Sequence record: SRR31156797_36528 | DNA: 39,775 nt | Direction: 5' to 3' (one strand) | In this document: one piece after another, positions 10,732-20,397 of the stretch | How positions within the stretch are numbered: position 1 is the stretch's first letter | Layout: every line of letters starts with the position of its first letter | Made by a program: the position numbers and the translations under genes | The notes under the pieces: generated by a model | Told to the model about the DNA's origin: nothing | Seen by the model: the letters and a program-made list of their open reading frames with translations, nothing else | The model's database searches: none

Positions 10732-10835
10732 CCGAGGCGCTCACCGGCAGCAGGTTCGGCCTGACCGGCGAGGTGAATCCGGAAGGCCGTTTTGATACCC
10801 TTGCCATCAGCAACCCGGGATGGGATACCTGCCGG
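10731..10835 (+). pseudogene. Probable GAF-domain fragment of a deleted sensor kinase
   Basis: AEALTGSRFGLTGEVNPEGRFDTLAISNPGWDTCR resembles GAF segments of anaerobe sensor kinases as I recall them; no own start. Confidence 0.4.
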
Positions 10836-11023
10836 TTTATCAGCGATGGAACAGACGGTATCTTGATCCGGCGATAGGCTAGCCACGGATATTTGAAATT
10901 TTAAATATTGAAATCCACCGGTTGTTCAGCCAATGATTATGTTGGCAACACAAAGAGGAACAACCGATGGAAATTTTGATCCGGATATTTTCACCATGAG
11001 TGACAATTGCGGAAAGGTTTGGG

Positions 11024-11950
11024 TTAATATTTCACCTGATCGAGCCCTTTCAGGTTCAAAATGGTCCGCGCCTCATCGGGGGTGGCGGGCTCCAGTCCCA
11101 GTTCCCGGCCGATTCGAATGATCTTTTCCACCTGTTCCCCGTTGCTTTTGGCTTTGACCCCCTTTTCCAGATACAGGTTGTCCTCCAGGCCCACGCGGGT
11201 GTTGCCGCCCATGAGGAGCGCCAGGTTACACATACGAAACTGCTCCCGGCCTGCCGCGCAAACCGACCAGACGAATGCGTCCCCGAACAACTCTTTTGCG
11301 GTGTTCAAAAGGAACATCAGGTTCCCCACCGTCGCCGGCATCCCTCCCAGAATCCCCAGTACAAACTGCAGGTAAAGGGGTTTTTGAATATACCCTTTTT
11401 CAACCAGAAACGCCAGGTTGCTGAGCATCCCCACATCATAGACTTCGAATTCCGGTTTGGTCCCTTCTTCCTTGAAATACCCACTGAACTGTTTCAGGGT
11501 CTTAAAGGTATTGGGAAAAATAAAATCCTCGGTCATCCCCAGGTATTCAGGTTCCCAATCGTGTTTGAATTTTTTGTATTTTTCCAATACCGGAAAGATG
11601 GCAAAATTCATGGATCCGGCGTTCAAGGAGGCCAGCTCCGGGCTGAATTGCTTTACCACCGCCACCCTTTGTTCGGCGGTCTGTCCCAGTGCCCCGCCGG
11701 TGGTGGTGCAAATAACGGCGCTGGATCTGGTTTTGATTCTGGGAAGCAGTTCCGCAAACATTTCCGGTGTTCCAAAAGGTTTCCCTTCTTCAGGATCCCT
11801 CGCATGAATGTGTACCACGGCAGCGCCGGCATCGCTGGCGCGGCCTGCTTCCTCCACGATTTCATCGGAAGTGATCGGTAGATACGGCGACATGGTCGGG
11901 GTGTGGATTGCGCCGGTGATTGCCGCGGTTACAATGAATTTATCTTTCAT
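11024..11950 (-). CDS. Beta-keto acid cleavage enzyme (BKACE/DUF849, Kce-like)
   Basis: ITGAIHTPTMSPYLP, Zn site HIHAR, TTGG, SLNAGSMNF, PEFEVYD, RVGLEDN. Confidence 0.92.
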   Translation of the reverse strand: MKDKFIVTAAITGAIHTPTMSPYLPITSDEIVEEAGRASDAGAAVVHIHARDPEEGKPFGTPEMFAELLPRIKTRSSAVICTTTGGALGQTAEQRVAVVKQFSPELASLNAGSMNFAIFPVLEKYKKFKHDWEPEYLGMTEDFIFPNTFKTLKQFSGYFKEEGTKPEFEVYDVGMLSNLAFLVEKGYIQKPLYLQFVLGILGGMPATVGNLMFLLNTAKELFGDAFVWSVCAAGREQFRMCNLALLMGGNTRVGLEDNLYLEKGVKAKSNGEQVEKIIRIGRELGLEPATPDEARTILNLKGLDQVKY

Positions 11951-12001
11951 TTTCAGATACTCCTTTTCATCCAGTAAGTTAATGGGTTTCTAAATTTTCG
12001 G

Positions 12002-12637
12002 TTATAGGGTGATGACCCTGCCGACGCCCCCTTTCAGATATTTTTCCGGGTAAAGCGTTTTAATCTCCAACTGATGTTGGGTGCAATGGGTGGGGCAGAT
12101 CCAATCCAGTTTTTGAATCAATCCGAACGAATGGAAGTCGTGCAATCCGCCCACTAACGCGGTTACTTTGCCCCATTGCAGTGCCCTTTCAAGAATACAA
12201 CCAACACCGGGATGGGAGCATCCTGCAACCACCACCAGGCCCCGCGGTGTCCTGACCACCAGAGACTGCTCAAAACCGCCCAACTCTCCGGTGGAAAAGA
12301 TGTTTTGGTGCATCATTGCCGCGCCATTTACACAAATCACTCTGCCGGCCCCCGGGGGACTCCGGTAGGATACGGGCACATAAACATCGCACGGGTTGAT
12401 TTCTAAGAAATCGGCCAACCCGCCCGTATGATCCCAGTGGGAATGGGAAATAAAGATTTCGTCAATCCCTGCCGGATCGATACCGAACCATTCCATATTC
12501 CGAAACAGGATATCCCCTTTTGCACCCGTGTCAAAGAGAATTTTTCTCCCATCCGTTTCGATCAGGCAAGAAAAGCCCCAGTCCGCAACAAAATTTTCCC
12601 CGACAGTCTCATTATCATAGAGAATCGTTATTTTCAT
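12002..12637 (-). CDS. MBL-fold metallo-hydrolase
   Basis: WGFSCLIE, LFDTG, SHSHWDHTGG, GCSHPG, GGLH, PTHCT; start placed at MKITILYDN. Confidence 0.88.
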   Translation of the reverse strand: MKITILYDNETVGENFVADWGFSCLIETDGRKILFDTGAKGDILFRNMEWFGIDPAGIDEIFISHSHWDHTGGLADFLEINPCDVYVPVSYRSPPGAGRVICVNGAAMMHQNIFSTGELGGFEQSLVVRTPRGLVVVAGCSHPGVGCILERALQWGKVTALVGGLHDFHSFGLIQKLDWICPTHCTQHQLEIKTLYPEKYLKGGVGRVITL

Positions 12638-12789
12638 TTCTCTGTAAACCTGTCTCATGCCTCCCGCCCAAATTTTATGCCGTCTTTCTTCCAACCGGAA
12701 AAATGGATGCCATTTCAAAGTAAATGTGCTAGCATAAGTGAATTAATTCACAACGACCTGAAAATAGAATAAGAGAGGAGGAAAAATCA

Positions 12790-13134
12790 ATGAAAAAAGT
12801 AGCAATTGTAGGTTGCGGATCGTATATGGACAACGGATATGGGTGCCCCGGGGAGTGGCGCTGTCTTAAGGCGGCGGCTCTGGGTGAAGGCCAGTTTGAT
12901 GAGCCCTCCCAGGTGACGGCCTATGTAAAATGCGAATGTCCGGGACGAACCCTTGTCCCCGCCATGGGAATGGCCATGAAACTATCTGAAATGAAACCCG
13001 ACGTGATTCATCTCAGTTCCTGTCTTGTTAATGCAAAGCCGGGGTGCCCCTACGGCACAGCCGAAGAGTTTGCGCAACTCCTTGAAGACAAAACGGGCAT
13101 CAAGGTGATCTCCGGAACCCACGACTATCATTAA
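12790..13134 (+). CDS. CGGC-domain putative metal-binding protein
   Basis: Cys pattern GC...CPGEWRC...CECPG...HLSSC...CPY...GTH; strong GAGGAGG RBS. Confidence 0.8.
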   Translation: MKKVAIVGCGSYMDNGYGCPGEWRCLKAAALGEGQFDEPSQVTAYVKCECPGRTLVPAMGMAMKLSEMKPDVIHLSSCLVNAKPGCPYGTAEEFAQLLEDKTGIKVISGTHDYH

Positions 13135-13165
13135 CACAAATTCCGGGTAAGGGGTCTTCACTTGT

Positions 13166-13205
13166 TCGACGCCTTCAAGTTGCCGGTTTGAAGGTGTCGA
13201 TTTGT
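13166..13205. terminator. Hairpin terminator between convergent genes
   Basis: TCGACGCCTTCAA-N9-TTGAAGGTGTCGA (13-bp stem, one G-U pair) followed by TTTGT. Confidence 0.6.
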
Positions 13206-13228
13206 GCTTTTGGTGGGCTTCCTTCACC

Positions 13229-14005
13229 CTACTTCTCATGCCACACCGGTTTTCTCTTCTCAAGGAATGCGTTGATGCCTTCGGTGGCATCTTCGGTCAT
13301 GCAAAGGGCCGCAAACATTTCATTTGAGTATTCCAACCCCTTCCCGAATTCCATGTCGGACATACCGTAAAAAGCCTGTTTTCCCATTTGAAGGGCCAGA
13401 GGGCTTTTCCGGGCCAGTTTGTCGGCCAGCGCCATGGTGGCTTTTTCCAGATCGCCGGGGGGGACCACCTCATTGACCAGGCCCCACTTTAGAGCGGTTT
13501 CGGTGTCAATCATGTCTCCGTTAAAGAGCATTTGGAGACAACGTTTTTTCCCCATGTGCCGGGCCAGTGGAACCGCGGGGCCCATGCAGAAAAGACCCAC
13601 ATTGATGGCCGTTGTGCCGATTTTTGTTCCCTCGGCCACAACGGCCAGATCGGCGGCGGCCAGGAGACCGGCCCCGTTGGCCACCGCAAACCCATGGACG
13701 GAGACAATCACCGGCTTTTTCATCTTGCCGATCACATGGTTCATCTGTTCCATGAGACCGACCCACTCCCGGTATTCCTTCTGGGATTTTCCGAAGAACT
13801 CGGATACATCAATTCCCACACTGAAGGCTTTGCCGGCGCCTTTGACAACCACCACTCGAATGTTTTGGTCCTTATCCAGTTGAATCAATGCCTGGTTTAA
13901 CTCACGCGCCATTTCCGTGCTGAAGGTGTTCATTGCCTCCGGACGATTCAGGGTGATCACTCCCACGTGCTCTTTCTGGTCAATCAGTACCGTGTTATAC
14001 GCCAT
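13229..14005 (-). CDS. Enoyl-CoA hydratase/isomerase family protein
   Basis: ITLNRPEAMN, AFSVGIDV, KPVIVSVHGFAVANG, EGINAFLEKRKP. Confidence 0.9.
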   Translation of the reverse strand: MAYNTVLIDQKEHVGVITLNRPEAMNTFSTEMARELNQALIQLDKDQNIRVVVVKGAGKAFSVGIDVSEFFGKSQKEYREWVGLMEQMNHVIGKMKKPVIVSVHGFAVANGAGLLAAADLAVVAEGTKIGTTAINVGLFCMGPAVPLARHMGKKRCLQMLFNGDMIDTETALKWGLVNEVVPPGDLEKATMALADKLARKSPLALQMGKQAFYGMSDMEFGKGLEYSNEMFAALCMTEDATEGINAFLEKRKPVWHEK

Positions 14006-14289
14006 TTTAAACCTCCCCGTGAAAAAAAATCATTTTATTGTAAAAGGCATCATTCTTTGACTTGGTTCAAGTCTGTTTTCTTACTTCCATCCTTCAAGAA
14101 AGTCCAGCTTCTCCCTATCCATATGGAAAAAAGCATTGTATCGAAGGGTGTTTTGGGATAACCTTGATATACTCTTTTTCTTATGAGGAAAATATGGAAA
14201 AACCGTCGTTGGGCATGAGGTGAAACCCGGCAGGTTGGGGTTGAATCAGGCGTCATGACGCCATTTTTCAGATGAAGGGAGGAAACCAA

Positions 14290-15087
14290 TTGGATAAAGC
14301 GGTTCAGGGGATTGAAGATTTGACCGGATTTGCCATGCAGGTAATCCGGGAAACCGGAAAAGCGGCACTTTCCTATTATGGAAAGGCCAGACCCGGAGAA
14401 AGATTCGATGAAGAATTGGTTACGAAAGCGGAACTTCATTTGACGGAGTTTTTCCAGGACCGTCTCAGCGACCGCTTTCCCGAGCATCAACTGTTTGCAA
14501 ACAACCAGGAAGATTCAGGTTACTCCCATGAAGACAAAAGGTATTTATGGGTTTTCGATCCCCTGGACGGCGTGGCCAATTTTCAGGGAGGCATCCCCTT
14601 ATGGGGCATGTCACTGGCGCTGCTGGAGAACTCATGGCCCATTTTCGGTGCATTTCATATGCCTGTAACCGGAGACCTGTTCCATGCCCGTGCCGGTGAG
14701 ACGGCATTCTGGGGTGAACGGAAAATTCAGGCGGCGCCACCTTCAGAAATCAATGATGAAAGCGTTCTGCTGACCTATGCACGGTTTAACCGCCATTATC
14801 GCCCCTCTTTTGCCGGCAAGATTCGCAGTTTCGGTTGTACCTCCGCCCATATGTGCTATGTGGCAGCCGGTCGAGCGGAAGCGGCCATTATTGCCCGTGA
14901 GACGTTTCAGGATCTGGCTGCCGCCCGGGTGATTATCGAGGCCGCCGGCCTTAAGATCTGCAAAATGGACGGATCAAGGTTTTTCCTTAATGAATACATG
15001 CATGGAAAAAAGATTGACGAACACCTCCTGGTGGTGTCATCCGAAAGCAGGACCCGCATCCATGATTGTCTGAAACCGATCATTTAG
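14290..15087 (+). CDS. Inositol monophosphatase family protein
   Basis: WVFDPLDGVANF, IRSFGC, QDLAAA; TTG start after GGGAGG (ORF track gives 14272). Confidence 0.85.
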   Translation: MDKAVQGIEDLTGFAMQVIRETGKAALSYYGKARPGERFDEELVTKAELHLTEFFQDRLSDRFPEHQLFANNQEDSGYSHEDKRYLWVFDPLDGVANFQGGIPLWGMSLALLENSWPIFGAFHMPVTGDLFHARAGETAFWGERKIQAAPPSEINDESVLLTYARFNRHYRPSFAGKIRSFGCTSAHMCYVAAGRAEAAIIARETFQDLAAARVIIEAAGLKICKMDGSRFFLNEYMHGKKIDEHLLVVSSESRTRIHDCLKPII

Positions 15088-15257
15088 GATTCCGCTTCGT
15101 ATTCATTCAATTAGAAATTTGATAAATGGTTTTCTGGGATTATATTTACCGGGTCGGGTCTTTACGATCCCACCCGGAAGGGTCCTGTGCGGGGAAGGCC
15201 TGTAGCCAAAGGGATTTGAGAACCATTAACAGCGAAACCACCAACAATGGACAGCCG

Positions 15258-15500
15258 ATGAAGAAGACCATTAAAATGAGAGAAATGCTGGATAACCAGA
15301 AAGGGATCATCAAACGGGTTTCCGCAACCGGGGATATGGGTCGACGGATCAGGGAGATGGGTCTGGTTCCCGAGACCCCCATTCAAATTCGAGGTCGGGC
15401 GCCCCTGAAAGACCCCGTGGCCGTTAAAATCAGAGACTATGTGTTGACGCTCAGAAACAATGAAGCCGGCAGTATTTTTGTGGAAGTGGAAGAGAACTAA
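15258..15500 (+). CDS. feoA: Ferrous iron transport protein A
   Basis: RRIREMGL, RAPLKDP, LTLRNNEA; directly upstream of feoB. Confidence 0.92.
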   Translation: MKKTIKMREMLDNQKGIIKRVSATGDMGRRIREMGLVPETPIQIRGRAPLKDPVAVKIRDYVLTLRNNEAGSIFVEVEEN

Positions 15501-15512
15501 AGCCTTAAACCC

Positions 15513-17888
15513 ATGGAACAGAAAATCATTATCGCCCTTTCGGGAAATCCCAACGCCGGAAAAACAACGGCGTTTAACGCCATCACCGGCGCGCGGCAGC
15601 ATATTGCCAACTATCCCGGCGTAACCGTTGAAAAAAAATACGGGACGGTTCACCACAAAGGCTACGAAATAGAGGTGGTGGACCTGCCGGGAACCTATTC
15701 CCTGACGGCCTACTCCATGGAAGAGATTGTGGCCAGGGATTTCGTAATCAACGAAAAGCCGAGACTGGTGGTGGATATCGTTGATGCGTCCAACCTGGAC
15801 CGGCATCTTTACCTGGCCGTGCAATTCAAGGAATTGGGGGTCCCTTTGATATTGGCCCTCAACATGGTGGACGTGGCTGAAAGCCGTGGTATCAAAGTTG
15901 ACCACCGCAAATTATCCGCCCAGTTCGGGGTGCCGGTGGTCCCCATGGTGGCTCGAACCGGCAAAGGTATCACGGACCTCCTGGACAAAGTGGTGGAGGA
16001 GGGTGTCAAAAGCCCGGAGTGGGTGAATGCACCCATGAGTTACGGTATCGATATCGATTCCGGACTTGACCGGATTTCATCCATCATCGAAAAATCCCCC
16101 ATTTTCGACAAAAAGTATCCGGCCCGATGGCGTGCCTTAAAATGTCTGGAAGGGGACAGTCAGATCACGGGTTTACTGAAAAGGGATCCGGAGGCGGGGC
16201 AGTCCATTACGGATATCTGTGATGCCATTTTCAAGCACACCATGGATACCCTGGAGGAAGAGCCGGAAGCCATCATCGCCGATCATCGATACGGCTATAT
16301 CGCCGGTATCACCAAAAAAGTCGTCAAACGAAAAATTGAACTGCGCCTCAATTTTTCCGATAAGGCGGACAAGATCCTTACCAACCGGATCCTCGGCCCC
16401 ATCATCATGGGGTTTATTCTCTATGGTATCTATTCCTTTACATTCTGGGGGAGCGAAATCCCGCTTCTTTGGTTTGAGATGTTTTTTGATGCCCTCAAGA
16501 ATGTGGTAACAGCCTTTATTCCCCCCGGAATTCTCCAGTCATTGATTATTTCGGGGGTTATTGACGGCGTCGGAGGGGTGTTGGGCTTCGTACCGTTGAT
16601 CATGTTCATGTTTTTTGCCATCGCCCTCATGGAGGATTCCGGGTACATGGCCCGGGTGGCCTATATGCTGGACCGGGTGCTCAGATGGTTCGGGCTTCAC
16701 GGAAATTCCGTTATGGCCCTGGTGGTGAGCGGCGGTATCTCCGGCGGGTGCGCCGTGCCGGGGGTGATGGCCACCCGGATATTAAAGGATCCCAAGGAGA
16801 GGATCGCCACCCTTCTGGTGGTGCCGTTTATGAATTGCGGTGCAAAACTGCCCGTTTACGCCATGCTCATCGGGGCTTTTTTTGCAAAGGACAAGGCCCG
16901 CATGTTGTTTATCCTGACCCTTATCTCATGGGGTTTCGCACTTTTTGCCGCCAAATTTTTGAGGGGTACGGTCCTTAAAGGTCCCACCACGCCTTTTGTG
17001 ATGGAACTGCCGCCCTACCGAGCCCCCACCCTTCGTGGATTGCTGATTCATACATGGGAGAGGACATGGCAGTACATCAAAAAGGCGGGTACCGTTATCC
17101 TGGCTTTTTCCGTTATCCTCTGGGCCATGATGACCTTTCCGAGACTTTCAGATGAGCGGAAACAGACCTTTGATAACACCCGGGAAGCGACCGCCATCGC
17201 TTTTCTGAATCAACAGCCCCCACCACGGTGGATTCAGGATAAAAGGGATTTGAAGATGCTGAACCGGCTCTATGACGGCCTCGACCGGAAAGAAAATATT
17301 GCGGACCTGCACCGGCACCATGAAACCCTTTTGGAAGTGGCACGGGCGGCCCTTTGGCTGGGAAGGGAAAAGAGTGAAGCGCCCACATTGGGGCTCGAAG
17401 AGAAATTCCGGGCAACGGGTGCCCGGTACCTGAAATATCGGGAAAAGATTGCTCATATTGACACCCTGCAACAGCAAACGGCTCTCAAAGGGACCATGGC
17501 GGGGTGGATGGGTACAAAGCTGGAGGTTATTACCCGACCTTTGGGTTTTGAGTACCGGACAAACATCGCCCTGGTGGGCGGTTTTGCCGCCAAGGAAGTG
17601 GTTATCTCTACCCTGGGGACCGCCTATTCCCTGAGTGACGTGGATGAGGAAGAGACGGATTCTCTCTCCGAAAAATTAAAAAAGGATTCGGCCTGGAATC
17701 CGCTTCAGGCATTTACGCTGATTATTTTTATAATGCTTTACGTCCCCTGTGTGGCGACAGTGGTGAGCATCCGCAAGGAAAGCTCCTGGAAATGGGCCGC
17801 TTTTTCCATTTTCTTTAATTTATTGGTCGCATACGGGGTGTCGCTCATCATCCGCCAGGGCGGTGTGTTCCTGGGGCTTGGTGGATAA
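15513..17888 (+). CDS. feoB: Ferrous iron transport protein B
   Basis: GNPNAGKTT, NYPGVTVE, DLPGTYSL, NMVD, EDSGYMAR, PFVMELPPY, YVPC. Confidence 0.97.
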   Translation: MEQKIIIALSGNPNAGKTTAFNAITGARQHIANYPGVTVEKKYGTVHHKGYEIEVVDLPGTYSLTAYSMEEIVARDFVINEKPRLVVDIVDASNLDRHLYLAVQFKELGVPLILALNMVDVAESRGIKVDHRKLSAQFGVPVVPMVARTGKGITDLLDKVVEEGVKSPEWVNAPMSYGIDIDSGLDRISSIIEKSPIFDKKYPARWRALKCLEGDSQITGLLKRDPEAGQSITDICDAIFKHTMDTLEEEPEAIIADHRYGYIAGITKKVVKRKIELRLNFSDKADKILTNRILGPIIMGFILYGIYSFTFWGSEIPLLWFEMFFDALKNVVTAFIPPGILQSLIISGVIDGVGGVLGFVPLIMFMFFAIALMEDSGYMARVAYMLDRVLRWFGLHGNSVMALVVSGGISGGCAVPGVMATRILKDPKERIATLLVVPFMNCGAKLPVYAMLIGAFFAKDKARMLFILTLISWGFALFAAKFLRGTVLKGPTTPFVMELPPYRAPTLRGLLIHTWERTWQYIKKAGTVILAFSVILWAMMTFPRLSDERKQTFDNTREATAIAFLNQQPPPRWIQDKRDLKMLNRLYDGLDRKENIADLHRHHETLLEVARAALWLGREKSEAPTLGLEEKFRATGARYLKYREKIAHIDTLQQQTALKGTMAGWMGTKLEVITRPLGFEYRTNIALVGGFAAKEVVISTLGTAYSLSDVDEEETDSLSEKLKKDSAWNPLQAFTLIIFIMLYVPCVATVVSIRKESSWKWAAFSIFFNLLVAYGVSLIIRQGGVFLGLGG

Positions 17889-17958
17889 TATTTGCATTCC
17901 CCTATGTGGAAAACAAGTTTTAAAATTGTTCGATGAAGATGAAACGGAGTTAACAAAC

Positions 17959-18426
17959 ATGGAAAAAATGCCGTTCACGGCAGATGGGCTGGAAAAGGTG
18001 AAAGCGGAATTGCGCTATTTGCAAAAAACAGAGAAACCCAACAACATCAAGGCCATAGCGGAAGCGCGTGCCCACGGAGACCTCAGTGAAAATGCCGAGT
18101 ATCACGCAGCCAAGGAAAAACAGGGGTTTATCGCCGCTAAAATCAACGAGTTGGAGACCGCCATCGGCCAGGCGGAAGTGGTTGATGTGAATGAAGGTCC
18201 CACGGATCGGGTGGTGTTCGGCCGTACCATTTTATTGTATGATGTTCAGGCCGATAAGGAAATCACTTATCAGCTTGTGGGTCCCTATGAGTCGGATCCC
18301 GAAAATGGCCGTATCTCCATTAAAAGCCCCCTGGGGCAAGGCCTCATCGGAAGGGAGATCGGCGATGAAGTCAAAATCAAAATACCCCGGGGTGTTCAGG
18401 AATTTGAAGTTCTGGAAATCAAGTGA
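17959..18426 (+). CDS. greA: Transcription elongation factor GreA
   Basis: ARAHGDLSENAEYHAAKE, ISIKSPLGQGLIG; start placed at MEKMP. Confidence 0.95.
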   Translation: MEKMPFTADGLEKVKAELRYLQKTEKPNNIKAIAEARAHGDLSENAEYHAAKEKQGFIAAKINELETAIGQAEVVDVNEGPTDRVVFGRTILLYDVQADKEITYQLVGPYESDPENGRISIKSPLGQGLIGREIGDEVKIKIPRGVQEFEVLEIK

Positions 18427-18435
18427 GGTGCAGGT

Positions 18436-18924
18436 ATGGAAAGAATACAAAAATTGTGCGCCGTGACCATACGCCTTGAAATAACGGCGCAGTTACCCGA
18501 GATAGAGGTCCGTGAGACCGTACGGCAGGAATTCGAGTTTATTCTCGGGGTGGAGCACCAGGTTCCCACCCTTGAAAAGGCATTGGAAGGGGGTTCGGCA
18601 GGCCATCAATTCAGTTTGGTGATCCCTCCCCATGAGCTTTATGGCGCCCATGACCCTGGACTTATCAGGGAAATTCCCAAAGAAGGGTTGCTTAAGCAAC
18701 GGGTTCGGGAAGGTGAATATTATCGTCAGATGAAAATGGGATCCCTGGTGGAATTTAAAGTGCTTGAAATTAAAAATGATACGCTCCTAGTGGATTTCAA
18801 CAAACCCATGGCCGGCATCTCCGCACTGATGGAAGGGGAAGTGCTGGCGGTCCGCAAGCCTACGGAAGATGAAATTTCCAAGGCCGAGGAGAGCCAGAGG
18901 CGGCGGGAGATCGGATGCGAATGA
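18436..18924 (+). CDS. SlyD-like FKBP-type peptidyl-prolyl isomerase (divergent, no His-rich tail)
   Basis: FEFILG..VPTLEKAL, PHELYG, VDFNKPMAG, VRKPTEDEI. Confidence 0.75.
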   Translation: MERIQKLCAVTIRLEITAQLPEIEVRETVRQEFEFILGVEHQVPTLEKALEGGSAGHQFSLVIPPHELYGAHDPGLIREIPKEGLLKQRVREGEYYRQMKMGSLVEFKVLEIKNDTLLVDFNKPMAGISALMEGEVLAVRKPTEDEISKAEESQRRREIGCE

Positions 18925-19403
18925 CGGATTCGGCCTGCAGAATCTTTATTCATGGACTGGAAAGCAGCAATAAAGGGACGAAATCCGTTTTTTTTCGTGA
19001 AAAGTTTCCCCATATGATGATCCCCACATTTGTGGGAACCCTACCCGAAAGGCTTTCAACGCTTAACGATTTTCTTTCGGAAAAATCGGATATCCGGATG
19101 GTAGGCTCCAGTTTCGGCGGGCTCATGGGCGCCCTGTTTGCCATGGAAAACGAATCCAGGGTGAAAAATCTGATTCTCCTGGCGCCCGCCATTCATATGA
19201 TCCGGCATGCGCCGGTAACACCGAGGAAGATTTCCATTCCGGTCAGTATTTACCATGGTACCGAAGACCGGGTGATACCCCTTATGGATGTGGAGGATGT
19301 TGCGGAAAATTATTTTACCAACCTGACATTTCATAAAGTTCAAGACGACCACTTCCTTCACAGAACCTTCAAGACCATTCCCTGGGAAGCTCTTCTGGCG
19401 TAG
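18921..19403 (+). CDS. Small alpha/beta hydrolase (YqiA-like esterase)
   Basis: FIHGLES, GSSFGG nucleophile elbow, HGTED, DDH; ATGA overlap with the upstream gene. Confidence 0.85.
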   Translation: MTDSACRIFIHGLESSNKGTKSVFFREKFPHMMIPTFVGTLPERLSTLNDFLSEKSDIRMVGSSFGGLMGALFAMENESRVKNLILLAPAIHMIRHAPVTPRKISIPVSIYHGTEDRVIPLMDVEDVAENYFTNLTFHKVQDDHFLHRTFKTIPWEALLA

Positions 19404-19423
19404 GGGCGCCCGTGGGGTGTTTA

Positions 19424-20182
19424 TCATTTATCATTTTTCTCTTTTGGCGCATCAAGCTGAGAAGCGTACCAGTCCATCTGACGGCAGACCCCTCGAATAA
19501 TGCGGACCTCTCTTGCTCTTAACGGAAGCCTTGCCAGGAACCGGCGAATATTTAAAAGCCAGTGTTCGGGATTCTGGGGATCCAGGAACCCGATCTTTGA
19601 AAGCATTTCCCTTAAATGATCGTACATGCCCTCCAGTTCAAAGCTGTTGGCCAGCCGGGGTATTGGGGTGTTTTGCGGTGCCCGGTCCGTGGCCTGGAAC
19701 AATTCGTAACAGACAATCATCACCGCCTGGGCCAGGTTGAGGGATGAAAAGGAAGCTGTGGGAACGGTGGCAATGGTATGGCAGAAACGAAGTTGATCGT
19801 TACTAAGTCCCCGGTCCTCGGGACCAAACAGGATGCCCACAAGATTCTCCCGGGAGATGGGGATCAGTTTTCGGGCCAGTGACCTGGGCCGGGCCAGGGC
19901 AGGCCTTGAGACGCCGATACGTGCGGTGGTTCCCACCAGGTATTGAAAGGGCGCAACTGCTTCCCTCAGGTTTTTATAAGTATCCATCCCCTCCAGTACT
20001 TTGGTGGAACTTCCCGTTGCCGTTTTGTTCATACGGTCCGCGTCGAGGTTTTTGGGGTCCACCAGCACCAGTCGATCCAGCCCCATATTGTGCATGGCCC
20101 GGGCCACGGCTCCGATGTTCTCCGGGATCTGGGGCTGAACCAGTACGATGGCCACATTTTCGAGGGCCACTTGTGATGTCAT
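19424..20182 (-). CDS. trmJ: SPOUT RNA methyltransferase, TrmJ/LasT family
   Basis: PENIGAVARAM, FGPEDRGL, SLNLAQAV. Confidence 0.85.
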   Translation of the reverse strand: MTSQVALENVAIVLVQPQIPENIGAVARAMHNMGLDRLVLVDPKNLDADRMNKTATGSSTKVLEGMDTYKNLREAVAPFQYLVGTTARIGVSRPALARPRSLARKLIPISRENLVGILFGPEDRGLSNDQLRFCHTIATVPTASFSSLNLAQAVMIVCYELFQATDRAPQNTPIPRLANSFELEGMYDHLREMLSKIGFLDPQNPEHWLLNIRRFLARLPLRAREVRIIRGVCRQMDWYASQLDAPKEKNDK

Positions 20183-20397
20183 TGTTTCAATAACTCGAGA
20201 ATTTTGTCGTTAAGCTGGTCGCTGTCGAAAGAAAACATAACGGTTCCCTTGTTGACTTCAAAAGAAATTAGTTGGCACCCATACTGCCCTGCCACGGACT
20301 CCAGCATATCCTTGAACTGGCTCGCGTAGGGGTGATCCTCCCCATCCACTTCCGATGAAAAAAGATCCACTTCAAAACTACCTGATGAAACTTTCAT
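20179..20397 (-). CDS. Hypothetical 72-aa protein
   Basis: 4-bp overlaps with both neighbours, suggesting translational coupling. Confidence 0.7.
   Translation of the reverse strand: MKVSSGSFEVDLFSSEVDGEDHPYASQFKDMLESVAGQYGCQLISFEVNKGTVMFSFDSDQLNDKILELLKQ

Noticed and set aside
10744-10764. PAAGS in the short ORF at 10714 resembling AAAGS of the first KaiB
   Set aside because: The same bases read better as the GAF-like fragment in another frame; likely coincidence.
11000-11881. 293-aa plus-strand ORF
   Set aside because: Antisense to the well-supported BKACE gene.
15105-15140. Possible Fur box upstream of feoA (TTGATAAATGGTTTTC)
   Set aside because: Biologically plausible, but the symmetry and spacing are too imperfect to call without a position weight matrix.
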